In this document: positions 48,256 to 57,743 of the stretch, piece after piece
Layout of the letters: each line of letters begins with the position of its first letter
Numbering within the stretch: position 1 is the stretch's first letter
NCBI GenBank assembly: GCA_030524285.1
Contig: JAUNGQ010000009.1
Location: forward strand, 458-64,457
Direction: 5' to 3'
DNA from: Eubacteriales bacterium
Lineage (GTDB): Bacteria; Bacillota; Clostridia; Oscillospirales; Butyricicoccaceae
Length of the DNA: 64,000 nt
Made by a program: the position numbers and the translations under genes
Notes under the pieces: generated by a model
Seen by the model: the letters and a program-made list of their open reading frames with translations, nothing else
What the model was told of the DNA's origin: nothing
The model's database searches: none

Positions 48256-49236
48256 ATGAAGAAGCGGTGTATGTGCATTGGAAGCCTATTGTTTCTTTTG
48301 CTGCTGTGCCGGTATTCCACAAACTGCGCGGAAGCCGTCCGTTCGGCATTGCAGCTGTGTCTGACCTCTGCCATACCGTCCCTGTTCCCGTTTTTCGCTG
48401 CCAGCTCGCTTGCCATCTCCTGCGGTCTGGCGCAATCTTTGGGAATCCTGTTTTCTCCAGTCATGCGGCGATGCTTTCATTTACCTGGCTGTGGTGCAGC
48501 TGCGCTGTTTTTGGGCTTTTTAGGCGGTTATCCTGCCGGTGCGCGCATGGCAACAGAGCTTTGGCACAGCAAGCTGTGTACCAGGGAAGAAGCAGAAGCA
48601 CTTGCGGCTGTCTGCAATAATACCGGCCCTGCTTTCCTGATTGGTATGTGTGGGTGCGGACTGTTCCATTCGCTGGCATTGGGGTTGTTTTTATACACGG
48701 TGCATATTCTTTCTGCACTCCTGACAGCTTTTCTACTGCGTCCTAAGACTCTGCCCGTATCTGTCTCCTCTCCCAATCTGCCGGAGGAACTTCCTTTCTG
48801 TCGTCTGCTGACACAGTCCGTGCTTTCTGCCGGACGCTCCTGTCTGATGATTTCCGCGTTTATTCTGTTTTTTTCAGTTATCCTGTGCCTGCTGCGTCTC
48901 ACTGGCGTTTTATCCGCGGCTTGCAGCAGTATAGCACCGCTGTTCCATACCATTGGCTTATCCGCCTCTGGAACGCAAAGTGTGTTCACTGGCTGCATGG
49001 AGCTGACCCAGGGACTTGCCGGACTGACGGAATCCGCCGGATCGATCCCCGCCAGATTGACGGCAGTTTCCTTTTTATGTGCTTTCGGCGGCTGTTCCGT
49101 TCTGTTCCAAACAGCTGCTGCCGTAGAGGGTATGCGCGTCTCCCAGTGTATTCGTGGAAAATGCATACATGCCTGTCTGTCCGCCTTGCTGTGCGTGATT
49201 TTTCTCTGCTTGTTATCCTTTGTTCCTTTCTTTTAA
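48256..49236 (+). CDS. ylbJ: Sporulation integral membrane protein YlbJ-like
   Basis: IPSLFPF, GGYPAGA, NTGPAF, ELTQG and FGGCSVLFQ; GGAGG RBS. Confidence 0.85.
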   Translation: MKKRCMCIGSLLFLLLLCRYSTNCAEAVRSALQLCLTSAIPSLFPFFAASSLAISCGLAQSLGILFSPVMRRCFHLPGCGAAALFLGFLGGYPAGARMATELWHSKLCTREEAEALAAVCNNTGPAFLIGMCGCGLFHSLALGLFLYTVHILSALLTAFLLRPKTLPVSVSSPNLPEELPFCRLLTQSVLSAGRSCLMISAFILFFSVILCLLRLTGVLSAACSSIAPLFHTIGLSASGTQSVFTGCMELTQGLAGLTESAGSIPARLTAVSFLCAFGGCSVLFQTAAAVEGMRVSQCIRGKCIHACLSALLCVIFLCLLSFVPFF

Positions 49237-49375
49237 TAGCATTTTCTATTCCGTCAGTATTTTATCACGCAAAGACCGGATTTTCAGCAATATTTTCGTG
49301 TTATATATCTGGAAACGGGAGGTGATATGCGCTATAATATGTTAAATAGCGCCTTGTAAGAGAAGGAGATTTTCT

Positions 49376-49828
49376 ATGTTGAATTTGTTCCGAAGGAGCT
49401 GCCTGTACAATGCATCTATTGAACCGCATTGTGCCTACTGTGCACACTGTAAGCCGGACAATGCGTATCAGGGTGTATGCGATTACCGCGGCATTGTAGC
49501 TATGGCAGGCAGCTGCCGCCGGTTTGAATACGATGCCCTGCGCCGCAAACCGCCAAAGCCCGCGCGTATCCGCGGACGCTTTACGGATGCAGATTTCTTC
49601 TTTGAAGAAAAAGAAACAGACAAGCCTACAGCTGCGGCTGAGGAAAAAGCAGCTTCTACCCCACACAAGCCCCTGATTTCGGATGATCTCAGCCAGTTTG
49701 CTGACCTGTGGGAAGATGAGAGCAGCGATATGCCGACAGAGCCCGAAGATACTGGCTCTGATATGGAAGAAGAAATTTCGGAACCGGAAGCTCTGGAAGA
49801 AACGCAGGAGGAACCCCATGAAATGTAA
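49376..49828 (+). CDS. Hypothetical protein with Cys-rich N-terminus and acidic tail
   Basis: AAGGAG RBS; CAYC...C...C; overlaps the dac start. Confidence 0.7.
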   Translation: MLNLFRRSCLYNASIEPHCAYCAHCKPDNAYQGVCDYRGIVAMAGSCRRFEYDALRRKPPKPARIRGRFTDADFFFEEKETDKPTAAAEEKAASTPHKPLISDDLSQFADLWEDESSDMPTEPEDTGSDMEEEISEPEALEETQEEPHEM

Positions 49829-51368
49829 AAAACAACTCGCAGCTTTGCTGCTCTCTATCACGCTGCTGACCGGGGTGGCTGTACCATCCTTTGCAGAACC
49901 GCAGCCGGATGATTCCGCCGCTACGACAACACAGACAACCGATCCTGCAACACAAGCTGGTACAGCGGATACTACCGATACCGGTGATGCTGGTACGCAA
50001 GAACCTGCGGAGGAACCGTCTGCAGATACTGACACAAACCCTACAGCGGATAACACGGGTACCACCGACACAGCACAGCCGCAGGAGCAGGCGGAAGACC
50101 CGGAAGAGGATACCGGAACACCGGTTCTTCATGTTGATGCCAAGTCGAGCATCCTTGTCAATGCGGAAACCGGTGAAGTGATCCATGCAGAAAAGGAAAA
50201 GGAAAAGGCATATCCGGCATCCACAACCAAGATTATGACAGCTCTGCTGGTACTGGAAAAATGCGGCCTTGACGATGTTGTCACCATGCAGGAAGCGGAC
50301 TTTTCCGATGTTAACAATGGCGCCAGCAATGCCGGGCTTAAGACTGGCGAGCAAATTACCGTGGAAAACCTGCTGTACTGTCTGCTGCTCCCATCCGGCA
50401 ATGAAGCTGCCAATGCATTGGCACGCGTTGCAGGCGGTTCTATTGATGAATTTGTTCAGATGATGAATGACCGTGCCAAGGAGCTTGGCTGCGTGAATAC
50501 CCATTTTGTCAATCCAAACGGTTTGCACGATGATGATCATTACACCTGTGCATATGACCTGTTTCTGATTGCACAGCAGGCAATGCAAAATCCCACGTTT
50601 ACCACAATTGTCAACACAGCGCAAAAAAGGCTCCCAGCCACCAACATGAATGAGGAGCGTATCATTTACACAACAAACCATCTGATTCTCAGCAGTTATT
50701 CTTCCATCTATTACGATAACTGTTACGGCATTAAAACCGGACATACCTCTCAGGCAGGCTATTGTCTGGTATCGTATGCCAAATCCAGCGGCTATACGTA
50801 TTATTCCGTTGTTCTGGGTGCAGATGCAGGTTCGGGTGAGTATGCCGGAAGCTTTACGGAAACCAAGCGCATGTTTGAATGGGCATTCGATCATTTCCAT
50901 ATGAAAACTGCTACACAGGCGGGCGCTGCTGTTACCGAATGCCCAGTTCGCCTTGGACGCGGTACAGACCATGTTACACTGGTTACCTCGGATGATATTT
51001 CTGTCCTGCTGCCGAGCGAAGCTGATATCTCTGATCTGGATGTAACCATTTCAGCCGAAGAAAGCTACGAAGCTCCAATTGCGCAGGGTCAAACGCTCGG
51101 CACCGTTACATACTCCTATCAGGGTATGGAATGCGCTACTGCCGATTTGATTGCATTGAGTGAAGTCCAGCGTTCTCCGATCCTGTATGCCATGGATCGT
51201 ATCGCCGCTTTCTTCCGCCTGTCGGCTGTACGCATTATTATTGCCATTATCGTTATCCTCTTCATCCTCTATCTGTTTTTCTCCTTCATTGCCGGGCGAA
51301 ACCGCCGCAAACGGCGCAGAAAAAAACAGCGCAGAGCACAGAACCGGCAGAATCACAACCGAAGATAA
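49818..51368 (+). CDS. dacA: D-alanyl-D-alanine carboxypeptidase (peptidase S11)
   Basis: Signal peptide, PASTTK, SGN, KTG, C-terminal TM and basic tail. Confidence 0.88.
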   Translation: MKCKKQLAALLLSITLLTGVAVPSFAEPQPDDSAATTTQTTDPATQAGTADTTDTGDAGTQEPAEEPSADTDTNPTADNTGTTDTAQPQEQAEDPEEDTGTPVLHVDAKSSILVNAETGEVIHAEKEKEKAYPASTTKIMTALLVLEKCGLDDVVTMQEADFSDVNNGASNAGLKTGEQITVENLLYCLLLPSGNEAANALARVAGGSIDEFVQMMNDRAKELGCVNTHFVNPNGLHDDDHYTCAYDLFLIAQQAMQNPTFTTIVNTAQKRLPATNMNEERIIYTTNHLILSSYSSIYYDNCYGIKTGHTSQAGYCLVSYAKSSGYTYYSVVLGADAGSGEYAGSFTETKRMFEWAFDHFHMKTATQAGAAVTECPVRLGRGTDHVTLVTSDDISVLLPSEADISDLDVTISAEESYEAPIAQGQTLGTVTYSYQGMECATADLIALSEVQRSPILYAMDRIAAFFRLSAVRIIIAIIVILFILYLFFSFIAGRNRRKRRRKKQRRAQNRQNHNRR

Positions 51369-51667
51369 GTTCATAAACTGATGCTGCATCTTGTGGCGTC
51401 AGTTTTCTTTTGCTCTGTACTCTGTACCTACTTTGGGATAGTTTAGCCCCCTTTTTCGACTGCCATTTTTCTATCAGCCAACCATGCGTGCTGTCGAAAA
51501 AGGTAAATTTACCTGAAAAGCAAAGCTCAGAAAAGTGATACATCTCTTGTATAAATCTGTACAATTGTTTTAACTTTATCCTATATTTGCCTAATTTCAA
51601 CTGCAAATTGCAGTAAAAACGCATGTCATTTCTCCACGGAATGTAATGTGTATATGAGGTGAACTGT

Positions 51668-51892
51668 ATGTACCCCAGAATCCGCGATCTAAGGGAAGAC
51701 GCTGACTTGTCACAAAGTCAAATTGCAAAGCTCCTGTGCTGTTCCCAGCAGGTCTACAGCAATTATGAACGCGGACAGCGAGACGTTCCAACATTCATTC
51801 TCATCCGTTTGGCACAGCTACATCATACAACAACCGACTATTTATTGGGATTGACGGACTGCCGGGATATTCCAGCCGAATGGAACAAATAA
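51668..51892 (+). CDS. XRE-family HTH regulator
   Basis: IRDLREDADLSQ...YSNYERG...DYLLGLTD; GAGGTG RBS. Confidence 0.88.
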   Translation: MYPRIRDLREDADLSQSQIAKLLCCSQQVYSNYERGQRDVPTFILIRLAQLHHTTTDYLLGLTDCRDIPAEWNK

Positions 51893-51956
51893 AGACCTGC
51901 AGGGCAGCAAAAACGGCACAGCGTAAGCTGTGCCGTTCCCCTTTTCTTATTTAGAA

Positions 51957-53618
51957 TCAGTATGTCGGATAATTGGTTGCATGCAGTACGGTAATGCCGT
52001 TGCTGTTTCGGCTTGACCACGCGCCATATTTGACATAACGGACGCTGACCTTGTTCGGTCCGGTCCAGTTTGCATCATAGACTGTGAAACCAGCGCTGTC
52101 ACTGGATACAAAAACCATGGTATGCATCTTTGGGGAATTCATCTGAAGAATATCGCCCGGCTTTGCCTTACTGATTAAAGCCTTGATGCTGCTGGAAGAA
52201 TACGACGATGAGGAAGCGGAAACCTTGTACATCTGTGCATCTGCTGCGCTCTTCGGACTGCCATCATAGTTCCATCTTGCCGTGTCACCATACATGCGGT
52301 AGAATACCTCACGTCCAAATCCCATGCACTGACTTGCACCGGCGAAGCTATAGCTGCCGCCGAGGCTCTCGCCGTTCGGATGTACTGTCATAATAGATGC
52401 AAGCTTTGCAGTTGCTGCTGCGGTATCTTCCATGCCGCTGGACAGCTTCCACTGCTGTGACGCTGCACCGGAATACCCATTCAGGCGGACATCTCCATTC
52501 ACAACCTCCAGCGCCAGACTGCAATTGGATGCCAAACGAAGGGAATACACACCGTCAGCTTCCTGAACCGCCACAAAGGACTGGCAGTCGGACGAATTTG
52601 TTGTCCAGAGGATTGCATTTACACCGGATCTCGGATGTACGTCAACGGTTAACGATGTATCCTGTGAACTAAGAAGCCGGAAGCTTCCATCATCGTTGCT
52701 CTGAATCGTAAATTTCTGGGAATCGCTGCCTGTATTGCCTGCTGCATATACATTTGCCTGCTTTGCAGCTCCGCCGGTGGTCATGACATTACCGGTTCCA
52801 ATATTATACAGGATATAGCTGCCATACGGCAGGCTGCTGTGTGCAATCGTTGCTGTCTGGTTCTTTGCTACGGGCGGTGCATAATACGGAGTACCAAATA
52901 CTACATTTTCCGCTGCGGCTGCTTCCGACGTAATTTCGCCGTCTGCAATCAGCTTATCCGCCAGTGTGCAGCTGCTGTCTTTCAGCTTTGTGCTGAGTGC
53001 CAGATAGGAAATTTCCATAATTTCCTGACGGCTGAATTGATTGGATGCCCAGCTGTCTGCCTGACCCTGTGTGCACAGCCCAATTTCAACGGCTTTATTC
53101 AGGGAATTCTTCCAAGTGTAATCCTGTCCATCCTCATAGCCCAATGCTCTGAGCACAAAAGTCATATACTGCGGCGCCGTTACAACATCACGTGCACCAA
53201 ATTCGGTTTCGCTGTAACCCGCTGCATAGTTTGTATACTGGCCATAGCCGGCAAAGTCGGCAAACCACTGCGAAACATCCTGGAAGGTGTAGGAATACTG
53301 TGTAGCCTCCGCAACATCCTGCTCACCCAAGAGGGAGAGGAATAATGTGAAAGCCTCCTGACGTGTACCCGACTTGCTCAGCATCAGGTCACCGTTGTCA
53401 TCACCGGCTACAACACCAAGCCGCTGGAGTGCATAACCACTGTCAGCAAGTCCGGGGATTGCTTCCGTCTCCCTGGTTTGTACCTCTTCCAATACTTCGG
53501 AAACTGTCTCTTCCGGATTATCGAATGCAAATACCGGAGCGCCTGCTGAAAGCATAATTGAGCCGCACAGGATTGCAGATAATATTCTTTTCTTATATTT
53601 AGGTGAATGAAATATCAC
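51957..53618 (-). CDS. Secreted SLH-like + ricin-B lectin + CHAP/NlpC-like cell wall hydrolase
   Basis: Signal peptide after GTG at 53618 (GGAGGAGG RBS); SLH-like FQDVSQWF and TRQEA; QxF/QxW ricin repeats; QCMGF...PGDIL...HTMVF...YDAN. Confidence 0.75.
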   Translation of the reverse strand: MIFHSPKYKKRILSAILCGSIMLSAGAPVFAFDNPEETVSEVLEEVQTRETEAIPGLADSGYALQRLGVVAGDDNGDLMLSKSGTRQEAFTLFLSLLGEQDVAEATQYSYTFQDVSQWFADFAGYGQYTNYAAGYSETEFGARDVVTAPQYMTFVLRALGYEDGQDYTWKNSLNKAVEIGLCTQGQADSWASNQFSRQEIMEISYLALSTKLKDSSCTLADKLIADGEITSEAAAAENVVFGTPYYAPPVAKNQTATIAHSSLPYGSYILYNIGTGNVMTTGGAAKQANVYAAGNTGSDSQKFTIQSNDDGSFRLLSSQDTSLTVDVHPRSGVNAILWTTNSSDCQSFVAVQEADGVYSLRLASNCSLALEVVNGDVRLNGYSGAASQQWKLSSGMEDTAAATAKLASIMTVHPNGESLGGSYSFAGASQCMGFGREVFYRMYGDTARWNYDGSPKSAADAQMYKVSASSSSYSSSSIKALISKAKPGDILQMNSPKMHTMVFVSSDSAGFTVYDANWTGPNKVSVRYVKYGAWSSRNSNGITVLHATNYPTY

Positions 53619-53652
53619 TGGATATCCTCCTCCTCTACTCATCGACTTATAC

Positions 53653-53703
53653 AGTATAACATAAAAATTACAATTTGTGTAACCAATTTGTAATCTTTGT
53701 AAT
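53653..53703 (-). promoter_or_regulatory. Extended -10 promoter with WalR-like direct repeat
   Basis: TGnTATACT on the minus strand (53661-53653); TGTAAC-N5-TGTAAT at 53678-53694 plus a third TGTAAT at 53698. Confidence 0.55.
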
Positions 53704-53931
53704 CTTTCTGTCATCTATACAAATTTCCATCCGCAATGTTATGCATATTGCACAAATATCTCCCCCTTTTTTTGATGCTGTTACCCGTCATATCATTTCC
53801 TATATATTGGAACTCAACTATCCAAATCTGAATTTCTGTCGAAAAAAGGGTTTCCTATGCAACCAGAATCCAGTATAATAAACAGGTAAGCTGTATGCCT
53901 CGAGATACAGCAATCAAAAGGGAGGTATTTT

Positions 53932-54819
53932 GTGAGTATTATTGACGTCAACGGTCTGACCTGCGATTACGGGCGTGGCCGTGGTGTATTTGATTTAAAA
54001 TTTTCCGTAGAATCCGGTGAGGTTTTCGGCTTTCTCGGCCCCAACGCCTCGGGAAAAACAACAACAATCCGTCATCTGATGGGCTATGCAAAGCCCTCCT
54101 CTGGCTCCTGCCAGATTGAAGGACGTGACTGCTTCCAGTCCGCAGCTGTTATTCAGGAAACATTGGGCTATCTCCCCGGTGATATTTATGTCTTTCCGGA
54201 CATGAGCGGCAAGGCCTTTCTATCCTTCATGGCAAAGTATCGCGGTATGAAGCATACCGGACGCATCAAAGAACTAACAGACCGCTTTGAGCTGGATATC
54301 CGCCAGCCAATCCGCCGCATGTCTAAGGGCGCCAAACAAAAGCTTGCTCTGGTATGTGCTTTTATGCATGACCCAAACATCCTGATTCTGGACGAGCCTA
54401 CAGCCAGCCTTGATCTGTTGATGCAACAGGCGTTTATCGATCTGATTCTGGAGGAAAAGAAAAAAGGGAAGACCATTCTAATGTCTTCCCATCGGTTCAG
54501 CGAGGTGGAAAAAACCTGTGACCGAATTGCTATCCTGAAAAAAGGACGTTTGAAAACCGTGTCTTCGTTGGAGGAGCTTCGCCAGACGGAACGCCGCGTA
54601 TACATTATAACGCTGGAAAATAAGGAAGCCGCACAGGCCCTCTGCCGTGAAAATATCAATGTTCTGGAATCAGATGGACGCATGGTAAAGGTAGCTGTTT
54701 ACCGTGACCTGCGTAATCTGCTTTCTATCCTGATCAATTACCCTGTTTCTACACTGGATAATGTCGGACAGAGTCTGGAGGAAATCTTTATGCACTATTA
54801 CGGAGGTGAGGAAGAATGA
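53932..54819 (+). CDS. ABC transporter ATP-binding protein
   Basis: GPNASGKT, MSKG, LDEPT and SSH. Confidence 0.93.
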   Translation: MSIIDVNGLTCDYGRGRGVFDLKFSVESGEVFGFLGPNASGKTTTIRHLMGYAKPSSGSCQIEGRDCFQSAAVIQETLGYLPGDIYVFPDMSGKAFLSFMAKYRGMKHTGRIKELTDRFELDIRQPIRRMSKGAKQKLALVCAFMHDPNILILDEPTASLDLLMQQAFIDLILEEKKKGKTILMSSHRFSEVEKTCDRIAILKKGRLKTVSSLEELRQTERRVYIITLENKEAAQALCRENINVLESDGRMVKVAVYRDLRNLLSILINYPVSTLDNVGQSLEEIFMHYYGGEEE

Positions 54820-55613
54820 ATTTCACACTATTCCGCTACAGCTGCAAGCGTTCTTTTCTGCTTTGGCTGGTATTTACGGTTCTGATGAGCCTGTATGCAT
54901 TTGCAGTTGTTCGCATGTATGATCCGGTGGCTGGTGCAGCCCTGGTAAGCCTGACGGAGTCCCTTCCACAGGCGATGAATATTCTTGGTATGGCTAACTA
55001 TGCGGACACCTTTACCGCTTTTGTTGTCAATTACTTATACGGCATGCTGATGCTGGCGCTGCCGATGGTATTTACCATCATTCTCTCTGTTCAGGTGATG
55101 GCGCATCATGTTTCCAGCGGTACCATGTCTTATTTGCTCGCTTCCCCCAATTCCCGCAGACGTATTGCAGCTACGCAGCGCAATGTCCTCATTTTTAACT
55201 TGTTTCTGATGCTCGCTGTCTGCTGCATTGCGACCATCGCATTGTGTGAATTTTTCTATCCGGGTAAGCTTGCAATCCAGCCATTCCTGTTGCTGACAGT
55301 CTGCATCTTTGCCCTTCAGCTCGCCTTTGCAGGCATGTGTTATTTCTTCTCCTGCAAATGCAATAGCACTGTAGGAGCTTTGATTATCAATGCCGCGGCA
55401 TGCATCCTATTCTATACCATCCGCCTGTTGTCCAATATCGGTGGTCCATTGACCTATCTGCGGTACGCTACACCATATACGCTGATTGACCCCGCTGGCA
55501 TTTTACAGGGTGACCTGCATGCATGCCTGTTGCCGCTCATTTTGCTGCTGATTGCCATACTCCTCTTTACATTGGCAAGCCGCAGCTTTCAAAAGAAAAC
55601 GATGCCATTTTAA
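54816..55613 (+). CDS. ABC-2 type transporter permease
   Basis: Six TMs, SGTMSYLLASP; ATGA overlap with the ATPase. Confidence 0.88.
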   Translation: MNFTLFRYSCKRSFLLWLVFTVLMSLYAFAVVRMYDPVAGAALVSLTESLPQAMNILGMANYADTFTAFVVNYLYGMLMLALPMVFTIILSVQVMAHHVSSGTMSYLLASPNSRRRIAATQRNVLIFNLFLMLAVCCIATIALCEFFYPGKLAIQPFLLLTVCIFALQLAFAGMCYFFSCKCNSTVGALIINAAACILFYTIRLLSNIGGPLTYLRYATPYTLIDPAGILQGDLHACLLPLILLLIAILLFTLASRSFQKKTMPF

Positions 55614-55665
55614 GGCACATTTAAAATGTATCAACATTGCATTTTCAGATAACGCAAACAGAAGG

Positions 55666-55694
55666 AAAGCGCCATCCGTTCGGATGGCGCTTTT
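55666..55694. terminator. Bidirectional terminator
   Basis: AAAGCGCCATCCG-tt-CGGATGGCGCTTT. Confidence 0.85.
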
Positions 55695-55713
55695 GTCTTC
55701 TCTATTGTAGCAA

Positions 55714-55923
55714 TCAGAGCGGCTGTACATTGACTGCACGCAGCTTGCCCTTTCTCTCGTCCATTTCTTCCTCAAATGCAACCTTTTGGCCTTCGTTCAA
55801 GGTCTTGTAACCATCGCACTGGATAGCAGAGAAATGTACAAAGACATCCGCGCCGCTTTCATCATTGGAAAGAAAGCCATAGCCCTTTTCTGCATTAAAC
55901 CATTTTACCGTACCCTTGTTCAT
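55714..55923 (-). CDS. Cold-shock protein
   Basis: [14 protein letters not shown] and DVFVHFSAI. Confidence 0.96.
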   Translation of the reverse strand: MNKGTVKWFNAEKGYGFLSNDESGADVFVHFSAIQCDGYKTLNEGQKVAFEEEMDERKGKLRAVNVQPL

Positions 55924-56060
55924 AACAGGTACCTCCATTCAAAAAATCTGTTTCCGGTATTTTTGCGCAAAAAAACACATATTTCCTGTAAATCATCCTC
56001 CACCATGCAATGACTTACAAAAATATGTGAGATCAGTATGCCGTTTCCGGAAGCCTGTTC

Positions 56061-56135
56061 AGTATAACATCTGTGTGTTGAAAAGTCAATATCTTCCAAA
56101 AAAAACCGTTCGACAGTCATCTATCAGCTTCGACA
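56061..56135 (-). promoter_or_regulatory. csp sigmaA promoter with two upstream Spo0A-type boxes
   Basis: TTGACT-17-TATACT (56089-56061); TGTCGAA on the minus strand at 56115-56109 and 56135-56129. Confidence 0.6.
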
Positions 56136-56230
56136 AACCGACAGCAATGCAAAAATTGCTACAGCCGCATCCGACATTTTGTGCATCCTGTTAAAATTCT
56201 ACCAAATTTTTTGTGCAACATCTCTTTTTA

Positions 56231-56265
56231 ATTATTAAACATAATATATATTTATGTTTAATAAT
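56231..56265. repeat. 14 bp perfect inverted repeat with TATATAT spacer (dif-like or operator)
   Basis: ATTATTAAACATAA-TATATAT-TTATGTTTAATAAT. Confidence 0.7.
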
Positions 56266-56368
56266 GCTCTATCTTTTCTTTCAATGTTCGTTTACAATAC
56301 ATGCAAAGAAAAAACAAACCACACTTTACAGGTAATCATTGCCTGTTTCTGAATGGAGGAATGCTACT

Positions 56369-57685
56369 ATGGTAAAAGCTGTCCATAACGATCCTGTTTT
56401 GAATGTAGATACCTATGGAAATATATTTATGTACGCAACGCATCATGACCTGACCACTTCGCCACGGCATATTATCCGGCTGTCTGAGCCGGTACAGCCG
56501 GAACTGCTTCAGGAGGCTCTGGAGCTTGCCCTGATCCGCTTTCCACAGATGTCTGTCGGGTTAACACGTGGTGATTCTGCATATTCCTACCACTATGTCG
56601 ATAAACCCCCGGTTGTCCTGCCGTTTCAAAACCATCTCTCCCCTTACTGGATGGGTTCTGACGATACCAATGGTTATCTGTTCCTGTGCGGCTATATCCG
56701 CAACACCATTATCATGGAATATCATCACTGTACCTGCGATGGACATGGCTTTGATGAATTTATCCGTTCTGTCCTGTTTGAATATCTGACTTTGTGCGGA
56801 CATCCGATTCAAAATGATGGCACCATCCGAACCCGTGAAACAGAATTTGACCCGTCTGAATGTGAGGATGCCTTCCCGCTTTTGGAAAATGTCCCGCGTT
56901 CCGATGAAAATCATCATGATGACCAGCCGGTATTTCATATGCCACAAATGGATGGCAGAGCAGATTTCAATGAGCTGATGACCGAAATCACCTTCCCTTT
57001 CGCACAGATGAAGGCCTTTCTCAAAAAGAATGGCGGTACACCGATGACTTATGTCATGACTGCACTTTCTCGTGCTATGGGCATGACATATTTCAAGGAC
57101 GGGGAACGCGAAACAATCGCCGCAGAGATTCCAATGGATCTCCGTCCACTTGTTCCGAGCAAGACAACGCATTTCTTTGTCTCGCTGCTTGATCTGCCAT
57201 TTCTGCCGGAATATTTCGATATGTCCTTTGCCGAAGCCTGTCGCAAATGCAGTGAATATTTCAATACCCAGCGCACGCTGGAACACAGCGCATGGTGGGC
57301 AAAAGCCAACGGCGACAACGTATTCTCCCTGCATAATGCGGATATGACAATTGACGAAAAGGAAGAAGCAATGCGCACCCGTGCACGCAACTATATCCGC
57401 CGTGATTCTTTTATTCTTACGAACATCGGTGCATTTCATCTGCCGGAAAGTATGCAGAAATATGTTGTTGACTATACGGCAATCCTGCCCTGCGCATACC
57501 AGCCGTTTGGTGTACTTGTCAGCTCCTACAACGGTAATCTGAAAATCAGCCTTACACAGCGGGATCATTCCATTGATCTGGTTCGCAACCTGCTGGATAC
57601 ACTGGCCGAAACCGGTGTCCATGCCACATCATATTCTTATCTGTTCCACACAACACGTTACGATGGAAAGCATCTTGCAAAATAA
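56369..57685 (+). CDS. Condensation-domain/CoA-dependent acyltransferase-like protein
   Basis: HHxxxDG motif (YHHCTCDG), PMDLR and LTNIG; GGAGGA RBS. Confidence 0.75.
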   Translation: MVKAVHNDPVLNVDTYGNIFMYATHHDLTTSPRHIIRLSEPVQPELLQEALELALIRFPQMSVGLTRGDSAYSYHYVDKPPVVLPFQNHLSPYWMGSDDTNGYLFLCGYIRNTIIMEYHHCTCDGHGFDEFIRSVLFEYLTLCGHPIQNDGTIRTRETEFDPSECEDAFPLLENVPRSDENHHDDQPVFHMPQMDGRADFNELMTEITFPFAQMKAFLKKNGGTPMTYVMTALSRAMGMTYFKDGERETIAAEIPMDLRPLVPSKTTHFFVSLLDLPFLPEYFDMSFAEACRKCSEYFNTQRTLEHSAWWAKANGDNVFSLHNADMTIDEKEEAMRTRARNYIRRDSFILTNIGAFHLPESMQKYVVDYTAILPCAYQPFGVLVSSYNGNLKISLTQRDHSIDLVRNLLDTLAETGVHATSYSYLFHTTRYDGKHLAK

Positions 57686-57743
57686 AATACTGTATTGTAA
57701 AATGGGCTATCTCATGGTGAGACAGCCCATTTGCTTTTTCCTT

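Noticed and set aside
49683-49817. Extended ORF-track starts for dacA (also rsmH, phoH, ttcA and the CHAP protein)
   Set aside because: Upstream starts overlap neighbouring genes or promoters; downstream starts have an RBS and the expected N-termini.
49689-50972. 427 aa minus-strand ORF
   Set aside because: Antisense shadow of dacA.
56561-57622. 353 aa minus-strand ORF
   Set aside because: Antisense to the acyltransferase, which has the RBS and catalytic motif.
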